Source of the DNA: Bugula neritina | Taxonomy: Eukaryota; Animalia; Bryozoa | Direction of reading: 5' to 3' | DNA: 64,000 nucleotides | Assembly: GCA_964035545.1 (NCBI GenBank) | Contig: OZ037771.1 | Location: 11,226,480-11,290,479 of the forward strand | Part shown: in pieces, positions 28,601 to 42,900 of the stretch | How the letters are laid out: each line of letters begins with the position of its first letter | Numbering within the stretch: the stretch's first letter is position 1 | Notes under the pieces: model-generated | Told to the model about the DNA's origin: nothing | Database searches by the model: none | Seen by the model: the letters and a program-made list of their open reading frames with translations, nothing else | Position numbers and translations under genes: made by a program

Positions 28601-30819
28601 AAATCATTCACATCCTTTAATTCAAACTCTACTTCAATCTGGGAAAGAAATTAATATAACAATTAATAAAGAAGTACAAAACGACATTTAGATAGCTTAT
28701 TTTATTACAAAACTCATCAGTAATTCCTATATTTAGGCAACAAACCACAATTGAATACCATAAATATCATACAGGTATATACAATATTTTATCAAAGTCA
28801 TTGAGGAATTGCAAAGAGGGTGGAGGCAGAGAGGAGTGACTTACTTCCAATGTGGGTCCATTCGTGTTCATACACTCGAGGATCATGAGCTGCAGAGGGT
28901 TGAGTCCCTGATCTATATCAATCCTTGAAGTCACGACTAATGAGTTGTTTGAAGAAATATAATCAAAGTAGGGGTTTGGATCAACAACCTCCACCTTTGC
29001 TATTGACTCTGGGTTCACAAAATTCAAACTTCCAACCACAGTTCCTATAAAAACAGTAGATAAATAGTTCTAGTGTTTGTGACAGTAGAACCTCTGTATA
29101 AACAGCAGATGTAAGGTTATAATTATAGTATTAGTAAAGACATACTAAAAACATAAGGGGCAAAAATTGATAAGATTTGTTTATTTTAGACGCAGTCAAG
29201 TAGAATCCAGGCCTGTGATATAATTTTTATTGTCTGTAGCCACAGTTTGAAAAGGCCAAGTGCAGTTAATAAAATCTTGACACATCTCAACTCTAAATAA
29301 ACAATGCAAACACTGCCCATTTGTTTAGCAGTCTTGTAAAAGGGTACACTTGTTGAATTATCAGGTGCTTATCTACAAAACTGATTTAATAACTGTTTAC
29401 CTATCTCAGTCTCCTCATTCACTGTAATTGTAGTAAAGAATGCACCATCATCCACCTCGCACGTGCTAGAAGGCCTTATAATACCTGCAAAGAAAGCGAG
29501 ATATAGGTTGCACAACAATGCATGTATAAAAGCTTTCAAAAGATTTGTGTACACAAATTATATACATTAAGTTATAATGGTTTATAATTTAAAGCTATGA
29601 ATACATTCATAAGCACAGATATTAATGCTAAAATAACAGGAAATGTTATTTTAACACCACTTAATGTTCAAATTAACAATGCAAACTTAGTAATTCGACA
29701 ACCTTCGTGTTTTCTTTTCATGTATCATTTCAGTTTAGGCTAGCTGTTGATTACAACAACTGCTTCTGAATATTTTAGCTCGAAGTCGATAAACAAAGTT
29801 ACAGAACCGCTGCTTTCACTTTTACAAAATACTCAAATATAATAATTTTATAAAGCTGATATAAATCTCCTGTTTGGTATACTTATTTGCATTTAGTTTG
29901 TGTCAAAATGATTATTAGTTCTAATCCTCTGTTTAGTTCATTGATTTTAGAATGAAGCAAACAAAAGTGTTTAGTTGAAAAGTTAGAAATCAAGTTACTT
30001 ATGCATGCAGCCTTTAAATATATACACAGCATCTCCTACCACCAACAACTGAACTTATGGTTCTAGAGAAAGTCTGCAGTCATGGATAAACACGACGAGT
30101 TGGATGAATGAAATTGATCAGTTGTTGATTGGGTTAAGAAAAGGTATCGGTCTAATTCATACACAGTCTCACAATAGAATACCTCAAACTCAATTGTAGT
30201 CTTCAAAAATAAACTTTATGAAAATGTTGATAATTGATAATGAAAGTGAATAAAGGAGCCACACGAGTCTAGGTGCAAATGAAAGTGATATCTTCTTGTA
30301 TTGAGCAGTCTGTAGATAAAGCTTTACATTGAGTGTTAGAATTGACAGAAGTCGGATTGATGCATTCTGATCAAATCTTTCTAAAATAGTTATTTGACAA
30401 GCATCTAAAGCTTAAAAACTTGATGCAGTCTTTAGCAAAATCTTCATACTCGCTGTTTTGTTGAACTGTTAAACTGCTAGTCCTACTTAGGTTTTTTTAT
30501 TGTCACTTTGATTAGTTGCTTATAGTTGAGTTTTCGATTTATCTGTAGTTATAATTATAAAATTTAATAAAAATATGTTTCATAGTCATAAAGTTTAAGA
30601 TGAATAAATGTATACTACTTTCAAAGAAATACTGGTTGAAGGTAGGCATATTCCATTTCTCATAACCCTTAAATATTAAACAGAAAATCTAAAATCTAAT
30701 GAAAATTCCGAACCAAAAAATTAACCTTCAACTTTTTCTCCAACAAATGATGGTCAATACTTACAGCAGAGGTAAAATGAGATGATCCATAAGTAGCCAG
30801 AGTAAGTCTTTTGATGCAT
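13608..30819 (-). CDS. Non-classical cadherin / cadherin-related single-pass protein (942 aa, 18 exons, 5 EC repeats)
   Basis: Exons: 30765-30819, 29401-29484, 28845-29044, 28552-28638, 27056-27154, 26246-26353, 25820-25963, 24262-24438, 23371-23544, 21393-21460, 19572-19665, 18761-18886, 17455-17525, 16864-17018, 16378-16525, 15878-16099, 14215-14911, 13608-13727 (2829 nt, in frame to TAA). Signal peptide MHQKTYSGYLWIISFYLCCIIRPSST. Cadherin motifs DVNDFAPTF, LDYE (x2), DADDLSPEF, ARDQD, SDRD, NDNDHNPEF, AIDKD. TM LVIYIIAGIAGFLLILVALLVMCFI. No recognisable catenin-binding domain; ends PEMTIYF*. The first coding exon is the least certain. Confidence 0.9.
15506..15799. repeat. 23-bp minisatellite (atcatagtactcagtactaccat) x~12 in cadherin intron 16
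   Basis: Direct observation; two AGTACT palindromes per unit. Confidence 0.95.
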
Positions 30820-33800
30820 TGTCTCCCCTGAACTGTGTCACAAGGTCATTTGGGTCTTTCAGTTATATCTATAACAACTATCATTAGTAAGCTTTTGTTT
30901 AAAGGTAACTTTAATAATACTACATAATACTGCGTGTTATAGAATGTTATATACTGCATTTATTAGATGCTACTATATAGTATGTGGGTTCTATGGTGGG
31001 TATATAATAGCACCAGTTGGCTAGTGTTACTGTTTAGCAGAGAACTTTAATTTTAATCTCAAATCTGAGGCATTTTAAATGTTTGCAAAAAGTTTTAAAT
31101 GATTAAATCAAATGTTTGCTAAGGAACTAAACAATTCTCAAATAACAGAAAACAAAAAGCTAATATTATAACAATATGTTTGTAGAATGTAATTGAATCG
31201 GGCATGACACCAGTTGAATTGTTGCCTGGCCTAGTAGCTCTCACAGGGTGTGACGTTTCTTCAATTTCAGAGCTCTTAGAAGTGCATATATAGCATAGTT
31301 ACAAGAGTCACATTTTACTGAAGGTCTAGCATGCATGGATTTACTTGACGAATTGTCATTTTCTCAGAGTAACCAGAATCTGTATTATAGTAGTCCAACA
31401 ACTTCCATATGGTTTATTTTTAAATGCAGTTACTCGAAATTATCAAGGAGTTAAACAATAGGTTATAGCTGTAAATGCATGGCCTAAATACTCGCAGAGA
31501 TGCAAAAAGTCTAACCAGTTGTATTTTTAATTACTTTACAGCTTTCTTAGATACAATTATAGATTTTTATAGCATCATGATTAATTAAGACACTTGATAA
31601 AAATCTTCGTTTGTGCATTTTATACATGTATTCTTTATAAGGAATTCACAATCACATCTGTTAAGCAGTTAGATGGGTTATCATTCTCTAGCCCAATGAA
31701 ATGTAACACTAGATGTGGTCTGTGGGGTCCCAAGTCTAATTAAACATGGGACTTCTTCATACTATCACTGAGCCTTTTAAATTAACATATCCTAACTTCA
31801 TCTTTACATCTGTTATAACTTTGATGACTACATTACCTTCTGGCCCAGCTTGCTAATATATTCTTAGCTGCTATTTTCATGTTTTATGGTAGAATAAAGA
31901 AATGAGTTGATTATAACTACTCAAAATTTAAAATAGTTTTCATATATACCAACAAGCCGGCCCTTTCTGCGATTTGGCCATACCAAAGAGCTATTAGTAT
32001 ATAGTAAAAAGGTCTAGAAGCCCTAGACTATGACTAACCAAAACTGGAGTAAAAAAGAAAACTTTTGATTTTAAAAGCCGATTAGAAATAATGCATGTGG
32101 ATCAGTTTATATCATGTTGTAAACTACTTAACCACGAACATCAGCAGTGTTGACTAGGAGAAGCAGAACAAAAATTCTAGTCGAATAATTGCATTTCTTC
32201 AAATGGGAAACAAGTTGATAATAACGGGTGAAGTTACTTGTTGGTGGATCTGACAAAGCAGAGGTTCAACAGGTTGGAGGAAGACATTGATAAACATGGT
32301 AAATCTAACATACCATGCATATACAATTAAAAGTAGAAGACAAGATGAAATGGTCTAATAGCTGATGTATTGGCCTCAAACTCTCACTTTCACTATGCAT
32401 TAAAACACTAATGTATTCAATTTAGATATGAAATACACATCTGTATTTTAATATGCATATATAATTGTGATGTTGTGACATTTATGATACTGATTATTGT
32501 AGTATACATTTGGGCGGTGTATAGGTTTAGCTAGAATTATTTTAAATAAATTACCAAGTAAATCGCGTTGCTAATATTGATACAATATTAAATGTAAAAA
32601 TACTGGGCGGTAAAGTAAAGTCTCGATAAAAATGTTAATATTTGAAGTTAAACTTGGGCTAAGCCTACTAAAATTTGGACTTATCACCAAGAGGCACTGC
32701 GTACAAGAACTCAGCCTATATGTGTGTTGAGGAAATTATCCCATCACAAGAGCTGCAACAATGCTGGGTCTTTACTCACCCGTGCCTACCACAGAATGCC
32801 ACCAACTATTTTAGGATGTGACACCCAAATTTCAGAGAACAAAAACAAAGATGATACATGTAGCCAAAAGTTGAATTAGCATAAAAACTACATATAGTAT
32901 GTCAGCCCGTACCTTTTTGTATATTTGAAATTCTTTAGACTACGTAACCAAGGTATATCTAAAAAAGAAGGAATAAAGTTTAATTTATGCTCTAAACTTA
33001 CTGCTTATATTTGAGATATTGCTTATAAATTAGAACACAAGTAGTTCCAATATAAAGTTTTAAATAATACGCAACTTTCTCTATCCAGTTAAATTTAAAA
33101 ACAAAATATAGCAATTAGTTGAACAAATGCATGATAAAGCTTTATATTTATTTTAAATAAAGCCCACCCTTTAGTCTCATATATATCTGTGGCAACAGTT
33201 ATTAAGCAAACATATTCTAATATGGAATGTGGGTAGGATGTCACTTGAGAGGTGACACAACATTACACAAGCTGACAGCACAATACATGAACTACTCACC
33301 AATTAAAGTGCAGCTTATTGCAGGACACTGAAATATTAGAGTTCATATCTTATCCTCTCATAGGTAATCCTTGAAATAATTTCAACAGTAAACTTTTAAC
33401 AATACTATAAGTGATGATGAATATCGAGACACCCACTGGCAAATGATCCCCTATAGTGTGGGCTTATAGAATTTCATTGTCACCAAGGCGAGTGTTTCAT
33501 AGGCTCATTAGTTGCGTTGAAGGAGTGCTTCACAGACCTGTCATACGCTGATTAATAATTACAGACCTGCCAATATATAAGTACTATGGTGAATGCGTTA
33601 ATACTCATTAAATAAGAAATATAGTGCCCGGAACTAGTATGTTGCTGGTCTATTTACAAACTATGAAGAATTATAATAATGATCTCAGCAATCTTTAGTA
33701 TATGTATTGTATAATTACTATCAACAATATTGTCAAAGCCAGGCTTATTTCTGTCACTAGGTGTAGCTTTTGAGGTGCTGTTTTGTGTCAATATGAAAAC

Positions 33801-34835
33801 TCCACTGATGAGTATTTGTTATTGATTAGTTGAAAACATTATATAATATAAAGCTGTAAAAACTATTGTATATATATACTTCTCAAGCACCAAGCCCATG
33901 AGTGAAATTAACACACCAAATTCAAAAGCCAAATGGCTGTAATAGCTTACCTTATACTGTGTTTACATGTGTGATATTATATAGCAACTCACTTATACTT
34001 GCAATATTGTGCAACTCTGTGTGTATATCAAGATTGTTATGTAACACTTATCTTTGGACATTGTGTACTACAGTTGAATGCACTCATTAAATTGTTTTTA
34101 GACAGTAATATTAATACTTAACACTTCTTTCAGGATGCATAGAGTATTTTACCTTTTGGGTTGGGTTGGGTTGGGTTGGTTGGGTGGAACTTAAACCATT
34201 ACCATATCTCACACATCACTCCCTTTTTATTTAAGCCTTTTAGCTAAATATAATACTTAATATGGTAACTGATGAACTATATGTATCTATAAATTGTCTA
34301 TATATATTCTAAATCTTGATATTTAGTCAATGACAGGTCCTGACAGCTAGCATTGAGTAAGGCACGAGCTTGCTGTTGGGTAATTCAAAGTATTTTAATA
34401 AAAATTCCAGTAGCCAATCATCATTTCGATATCATTGAATGACTATAATTATAGCAGTCATTTTTTTAGTATCTAATATAAAGCTAAATAAGGATTTAAA
34501 ATATGCAACAACTTTAGCTACTAGATGAATGTGCCCACTCACCAATGTTATTAATTGCGTGTGTGTCTTGTAAAGAAGCATTGTGTACTTTAACATGATC
34601 AAGTACATTTAAGTCACTTCAAGTTGATTTCACTGACTTAAAATTACATGTGAGTTATAAAATATAACACCAAAGGGGCTACTGGGCAATCTTTACACTC
34701 CACCCAATCCAGTTCTCAAGAACTCCAATGGCCAATCTACTATAACTACTTCAGTCTTCAGGCTCTCCTGGCTATTCAACTTTCTTAGAGTACTATCACA
34801 CTACACTAAAGGCCAGGATAGCTTGAAAAACAATT

Positions 34836-34905
34836 GCCCCCACTGGGATTTGAACCTGAGACCTCCGGCTTGCAAACAGGGGTGCTAACCATGTGCTAAA
34901 AGGGC
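34836..34905 (-). mobile_element. tRNA-derived element (SINE head or tRNA pseudogene, Ala-like)
   Basis: Minus strand GCCCTTT-TAGCACATGG (A box) ... CCTGTTTGCAAGCCGG ... GGTTCAAATCC (B box) ... GGGGGC; anticodon and acceptor stems are broken. Confidence 0.6.
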
Positions 34906-34927
34906 TACTGAATGCTCTCAACACTAC

Positions 34928-35008
34928 CTGACTTGATTAAGACTCAACATGACTTGATTAGGACTTAACATGACTTGATTAGGACTTAACATGACTTGAC
35001 TTGACTTG
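34928..35008. repeat. 21-bp tandem repeat (tgacttgattaggacttaaca) x3 plus (gactt)n
   Basis: Direct observation. Confidence 0.8.
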
Positions 35009-38000
35009 TTGTGACTTCAGTCTTCTTTGGCTATCAAATACAAGCATTTATAAAATCGAAACTTTACCATTATAAGAACTCATTTTCTTTGAAATACATC
35101 AAGAGAGTAAAACTTTGAAAAGTAAGTCTCCTTTGTTCAAATAACTCTCCTAATTTTACAATATCTATTGTGTTGCCTTTGTAAAGGGAACTGCTTTACC
35201 AGTTCCTACAGAGGAAACTTCTTGCTTGGATACATAGAACGTGCCATGCTATGGACTATACTGGGCTGTACGCATTATTTAGACTGTTTTACTCTCACCA
35301 ACTACTATTAGCTTCTACAGGAATTAGCACAGGAGAAAAGCTGAACCCACATGTGAAAGTGTTTTATCTCATTATTGGAAGCCAGCCTATAATTAATTTA
35401 CATACCTTCCAGGGTTATAGCTCATTGGAATGAGGAATTTGAATGTTAATTTAAACAACAACTAATTTTTTGCTTAATATAAAAGAAAATATTGAGCTAA
35501 ATGTCACCAAACTGTTTTAATGAAAACACTGCATATTTAGAAGAGAAGCTTTGTTATTATCAAATGCATATTTGATAAACCACCCACAAATCACTCTTTA
35601 TCATAGCTTTCCAGTCAAAACCAAATATAAATTATAGTTTGTGAATTTAAAACTGCTGGCAAGCAAAGAAGTCGTACAAATATAACACCAAAAATGCTGA
35701 TTATGCCCAGTTAAAAGTTATATTTATTCCCTAAATGACAGAATGGACTGTGCTTTTCTAATTGCTTTCCTTGGCAAAATTAAAGCAAATGAACCAAGAG
35801 TTTGCAGTTAGGTCTTTCGGCTTTCACAGGAGCTAAATCATAATTCTGGCCACATATCTCAACCCACAGGTGTATGCAAAATTGTCGCATATAATGTAAA
35901 GTATATAAAATCAATCATTGAATTGCCTTAACTAATATGTTATGTAATACCGTATTACAATTATTTAAGAAAGTTGAATTTTCCGCTTGAGCTATCTAAG
36001 ACTGGATTATTGCTGTTTTATTGCTGTTGCTATGACTCCCGAGAGGCTAAACAATCTTGGATTTTCCGATTTAGAATTAATTAAAAGATGAGAAGCTACA
36101 GCCTCTCTGTGAGTTACTCGCAGCGCTGGTGCTCTGTTACATCATGCTATCATTTACATATTCTATTTATCAGTTTGATATATTACTCTAATTCAAACAT
36201 GCAATAAATTAACGGATTAAAGATTTCACCACAATTACGCATTGACGTTGAGTTGACAGGCCGAATGGCGAGTAATGCATAGACAACACTACAAACTTGA
36301 GGGTAGGGCAGATTTTCACTTTGATGATAATTATTATTCAAATTAGAATTAATTTACTCAAGTGTTTTGCTACTATAATTAGAATTTTTAGTTTAAGTCA
36401 TGCAAGACTTTTCATGGCTTTTGATTACATAATACTGATGAGGTAGCAGATCTGTAAGCAATTAGATCTTTCTGAACATAGGACAAAGTGTAAACAGTTT
36501 TATTGGTTCTATTTGCATATTTTATCAACAAATTAATATGTAGGAGTTAAAAAGGAAATCTATTGGAAAAATTATTTGTCCGATTTTGTTGTTAATAAAT
36601 TGCAATATACTTTTGTTTATTGTTTTTAAACATTTATAAATTATAAGCATTTGGTGTTGTAGGGAGTATGTACAGCTCAGTTACACCATGTTGGAGAAAG
36701 ATAATTACAACGAGAGCAAACAGTATGGATGAGAGAGGAATGCTTTGAACTCCCAAATACATTGTCTGAAGAAAAACAAAATCAATGAGTATAGTTGTCA
36801 CTTGTATTGATTACCTGCCTCAAAGTGATTGCTTGCCAATCAGTAAACCAGCTGGTAGAAGTGGTGCTATAGTGCCTTTGAGTAAATATCACATAAGCCA
36901 CACTATATATATATATACCGTTACATTTCATCTCTAGTTTTATAACAGGCTCTATTTAATAATAATGTTGGGCCCTCTCTAGTGGTAAACTGTAACTACT
37001 TATGAATTACCAGATATCATGCAGGCAAAGTAGTGTGAAGCATATAATAAATTTGCTGGCGTATGTAATGTGGTAGTGGTGCAGATACATACACGAAATT
37101 ATAGTGGTCAGCAGGACAGAATGCAAGTTATTTTTAGAACTAGCAGCCAATGACCAGTTCCTTTGAGCTCTCACCACTAATCAGTCTCTTCTCAGACTCT
37201 TAGCCAACCATTAAATACCCACACCAGCCAATTAAAAGCTTTCATTGAAAGCAATTTGTCTATTTTTGCTTTCTAGCTATGATGAAACAAGGTCTGCCAT
37301 TGCATTGCGTTGCACTAATACTATTTGAATCAACTTTATATATAAATTTTAGTAATTGACTTCAAACTAGTTCAATCAATCATACAATGAAACAAAGGGA
37401 GGGAAGAATTATTGGTAATTAGTTTTATGCACAACTTGCTAGGCTAGTAAACAGAAAAAATTATTTGCGTTTCAAAGACAAGATAATTAATTATTTGTTC
37501 TAGGATTAAAGTATTGTTATATAAGAAATTTTGGCATCCAGCCAGTTAAAGGCTGAAGATATTATAAGATGAAAGTCATTAGGGAAGGGTGCCTCTTGTC
37601 TGAAACACAGCAAAACCATTAAGTTTTATTACAACACAAGTTGGATCCAATTACTTTCACCTGCAGATATTGGGCAGGGAAATAGTTATGTTGGGCAGGT
37701 AAATAGTTATGACAGTTTTATTTCTCAAAAAATTTCAAACGAATGGATTTATCTTACCCTACAATTGAGTACAAAATCATGCAGTTTTAAATCATACTAT
37801 TTTAGAAATGCTGCTAGGCCAATAATGTTGCTCATTTAGTCCCCTACATCCCAAAGCTAATTTCTCTTTCATCTTCAAAACAAAACTGATTGCTATACAG
37901 GTGAGTAAATTTATCTAAATTGTGTTATTTAAGTAGTAATTTCATGCATCAATCACTTCTTTGCAAAGTAAATAAATCAGCATATAGCTCAGGTTTTCAA

Positions 38001-39968
38001 TTTGTCTGCTTTCCAAGCTATACTTTTATAAAACTTGATTAAGACCCAAGGCTACAAACGGACAGGTGTAAATAATATATACTTAGTGTAAACACACCAG
38101 TCTTTGTCTTTTATGTAGGCAAACATTATATTTAAATAATTGAAAAACACAATTTAATATGTAATACAAGTGTTACATAACACATTGCACACTTAAAATC
38201 AATACCTCATTAGTTGGTTGATGTTTCTCTTTCATAGGCAAGTTGTAAAAGCTGCTCAAATTTGGTATCTAAGCAGTTTGATTTCATACTTGCATTCAGC
38301 ACATGCAGTCTTCTATTAACAATCTTATTTTAAACATTATGCGAGCAAGATGCTACATGATAAAGAAAATAACATGCCAACACCAAGTTATTAAGAATTT
38401 TGTAAAATAAGCCTTACATCAAGAAGGGTTGGCATGCATTTTGTGTAGTGCATAATATCTCTTTCCACACATTACCAGACAAATTGGCACTGTAAAGGCT
38501 GAAACCATGATTATTATATTATAACAGTTTTAACATAGCCCATGATTATGGTCAGCAAGTATTATTTAAGATGAGTGGGAGTTGCCCTCTACTTTGAATG
38601 CAATGCACAGAATAATTACATTTGCAGTTACATTAACAGATAAATATATAAGTTGTAGATCGGATGATTAGATTGTTATGGTGGCTTAATTTTAGTTATA
38701 CATTATATTTACTCTATATAATATAGAGAGTAACATAATATTGTCTATAGTCTATGTAATATTATGCTATTTATATGTTATGTTTACTCTATATGTTATA
38801 CTACTTATATATATATATTTACTCTACGTAATATTATATACTAGTTATATATTGTATTTACTCTACAATCTATATATTATATACTATAGTTACATATTAT
38901 ATATTCCCTGTATAGTGCTATATACTAGTTATATGTCATAGTATGAACTCTATATTATGATATTTATACTAGCTTTACATTGTAGAGTATATAATACCCA
39001 TCATTAATATATTGTTATATGTACTTTAAAAGTTTATTGCATCATCATATCTCACTTAAGTTTATAGTCACTATCTTTATAAGAATCCCGATGGAAAATG
39101 GTGTTTAAAGCAGAAAGTTTTTATAATTTGGTACAGGAGTAATTAACACTGAACTGCATGTATTATCATATAACAATGATTATAAATTTAGATATAATAT
39201 GAACATGAAATAATTCCAAATAAAGTGACTAGTGAGTTGTAAAGTCTCTACAATGAAAAGCCTACATAAAAATACCACATTGCTTCGTAACAGTTATGTA
39301 TTTCAAAGTGGTTGTTGTATGTATAATTTAACATAAATTAAAAGCTGTGTAACATTAGTTTACGTTTTCTGACTCATATATATGCTATCAGGCTCAGAGG
39401 CCAACTAAAAAGTTGAGATGTTTTTAATGTTGGTGCCAACAAGCTTATTAAAACAAATGATTTGAATATTTTAGCGAAAAGCTCGATGTGCAAGGCCTAC
39501 TGTGACGCCGCACACATATTTCCCTTTACACTGACATTTGCTAAGGTGCCTGTGGTTTAGAAAGTCAATAAATATTTTGTTTCATAAAATTTTGTTGACA
39601 ACATAAATTTATTTCACAATGAAAATGATATATTTAAAACATTTTATAGTTGAATTGAGACTGCAGACAACAGAAAGTATAAGATAATTTAGTTTTCAAA
39701 AACAAATATTCCAGTTAAACTAAAACAACAACTGGCAGCATTCACCTAATGAACACAAATATGATTTCAACTTAGATGTGAGATCACAAAACACAACAAG
39801 GAAGTATTCTGCTCATTGCTGTGGATTCTATCCAAACAGTAAAAACTAAAAGATCCCGTTAACAGAAACTTGTGTACATCAGCTTATTTATTATGTGATG
39901 AGAAAAAAAGATTCAATTCAGATTTGGAAATGAGTTGAGGGGGAGAGACCGAGCCCCTAATCAGTCTC

Positions 39969-42900
39969 CTAGTCTGATAAGGTCCCATCGCTATCATCCA
40001 TCAGCATCTCAACACTTCCACTGCAAACAAATGAGAGCAATTGAGTAGAGAGTTAAGTGACTTGAGACACACGAGTCATCTGAGATGACTAAGTGACTTG
40101 AGACACACGAGTCATCTCAGAGAGAGTGGTGCGACATGACTATAGATGTGTAAAGGTGAGAATCACATGTCAACCTAAACCCTAAAACATTTCTGGCACT
40201 ATTAGAAAGTAAGAGAGAGAGAGACTAGGACTAGAAGGATCCGTACCTGTAGGAGTGCATGTCCTCCTCCTCGATACCTGCTATGCTGACTGAGTCATTG
40301 TCCGTGTCATCGCTGTCGCTGTCAGCATCATCTTGACCACTGAACGCTATCCTAGCATAGTCATCAGTGTCTACAAAGCAAAGAGGACACAACTCCAAAA
40401 CTCACACCTTAGAACAAGGAACAGTGTGTAACATTGGCAAGCCTTAGGTTAGTTGCTCACTTTGCTAACAGGCAGTTAAACAGATTTAGCGAATTCAGTC
40501 ATTGCATTTTTAGATATGAGCAATTTAAGCTCTTACATTAATATATACTATTCATGTTTTCAGATGAAAAATCGGTTTTTTAGCTGGAACTGAATACTAT
40601 TGACATTGAGAGGAAAAGAGATATCTGAGAATGTACAGGCACTTAGCTCCAGTAGCCGTGGAAAATCTTACTATTGGCACACAGTAGACTCTAAAATAAT
40701 TTTTTCTTACAGCTTTCTCCTACTTATAACTTTCAAACTAGATGTCAGTACAGGTGGTATTGAATTTGTAATCAATTGCTGCCTTGCAGTAACTGTGTAT
40801 GACTGGTTAACTTACCTATACTATTACAGAAGTAGATGACTGGTTAACTTACCTATACTCTTACAGAAGTAGATGACTGGTTAACTTACCTATACTCCTA
40901 CAGAAGTAGATGACTGGTTAACTTACCTATACTCTTGTAGAAGTAGATGACTGCTTAACTTACCTATACTCTTACAGAAGTAGATTGCATACTTCAGCTT
41001 GTCCCTCAGCACCTCCAGAGATGTGTACTTTGGCATTTTCAGCAGAAAGAAACAGGTGTAGCTCTCAGGTAGAAAGTTATCTGGGGGTTCATACTTGTCC
41101 ATAACCTAAATAGTTGAAATGTTATATTTTCACCTTTATACTGAGAAGGTGAAGGACATTACTATAGCAATACGCTGTATAAACAGGGTGAAATACATGT
41201 ATGAAGCCAGCAAACAACATTTAATTTATATTAAAATGTAAAAAGCCACTCTCTTGTAGTTTATTTTCAAAGTATCCCGAGTTACTTGGGCTGCAGCTAC
41301 TTCAAAGAGCAAATGTCTAATTACAGGAAAACAGAATGTCTCCTCTCAATGTCACCGGAACATAATGAGAGCAAGTGCTTTCCATGTGCGCACATGTCCA
41401 CATCGTAGTGTAGTAAATGTTAGCCAGAACACATTCCAACCCCACTTCACCTGCACACACCTTGTCAAGGTGACAGCTCATCACATCATATCAATATATA
41501 AACTGTTACCTGAAGTACAAAATCTCTGCCTCTGAAATCAGCAACAGTACGGGGCAGTCTGGTACGCCCCCAAACAAATCTGAGGAAGAGACTGCGCTCT
41601 ACGTTACTAAACTCTTCCATAACTTGCCAAAACCAAGAAATGAGATTGTCAGTTGAATCAACTCCTTTGTACACAGCAACCTAGAAGTGACAATAACATG
41701 ACTAGCTATGTACGCCCAGTAAGATACAATAATCTGTATTTGTCATTTAGTAGACATTCAGTACCTTCGTGAAGCCTGATATTTTATTAGTTATTTCAGA
41801 TGAAACCCCAATAGTCATTTGATTCTAATATAACAAGGTTAGAAAAGACTCGCTATAAGCTTTTAGGTGGAAATGACGACACCATTGCACTGTTCTATTA
41901 CAGAGAGCATGCAACTCCACACAGCATGTACCGTGTCTATAATTTAGGCACAACTCACTTTAATACAAAACCGTTTCACAAATTCCGATACAGCAGACAG
42001 TTTTTGAAGACAAGCCTGTTGAATACTTACACTCTTGAGCAAATGGAGGGGAATTTCAGGGCTACCACAGGACATGGCCTCTAATTCTGGACCGGTAAAC
42101 AGAGCCAACAGTGGGACGGGTATCACTTTGACCATGCCCTCCCTCACCCACTTGATCTGTTCATTGCATTCATTGAGTCTGTAGAGAAAGAAAATCTTAA
42201 TAACTTGATATATAACCACTGTACTACTACTACTCTATATACAACCACTGTACTACTACTCTATATACAACCACTGTACTACTACTCTATATACAACCAC
42301 TATACTACTACTCTATATACAACCACTGTACTAGGTACTACTCTATATACAACCACTGTACTACTACTCTATATACAACCACTGTACTACTACTCTATAT
42401 ACAACCACTATACTACTACTCTATATACAACCACTATACTACTACTCTATATACAACCACTAGTAAGTAATGAATACATAGAAAGTGTACCTGTACTTAA
42501 TAGCCAAGTTGATATACTCCTGCCGATTGTCTGGAGTTATCTTGCTGTACTTTGGACTGAGTCGAACTTCCTGTCCAATAATACCGCTCGTACTGAACGA
42601 CAAGTCGGCCGAAATCAACATGTCATCACTCATTTCCTTTATACACTTCAGACCTGCAAGAATGTAACAGTTTATGAGTGCTGCTCACTACACACTCACC
42701 TGTTCAATGCACACTCACCTGTTCAGTACACACTCACCTGTTCACTACACACTCAACTGTTCACTCCCCTCTTGCCTGTTCAATACTCTCACCTATGCAT
42801 TAGACTCACCTGTTTACTTCAAATTCACCTGGACACTACACTCACCCGGTCACTACACTCACCCGGTCAACACACACTGAAACACTGACCTGGTAGAAAG

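Noticed and set aside
34156-34188. (TTGGG)n tract as a telomeric or G-quadruplex element
   Set aside because: Only about 5 units; an ordinary microsatellite.
30900-39900. Hidden gene in the 9-kb gap between the cadherin gene and HERC2 (also 1-7400)
   Set aside because: Only short ORFs with no coding-like composition or chain of phase-compatible exons; UTR exons or ncRNA cannot be excluded.
42205-42888. 227-aa plus-strand ORF
   Set aside because: Antisense to a HERC2 exon and composed mostly of two tandem repeats.
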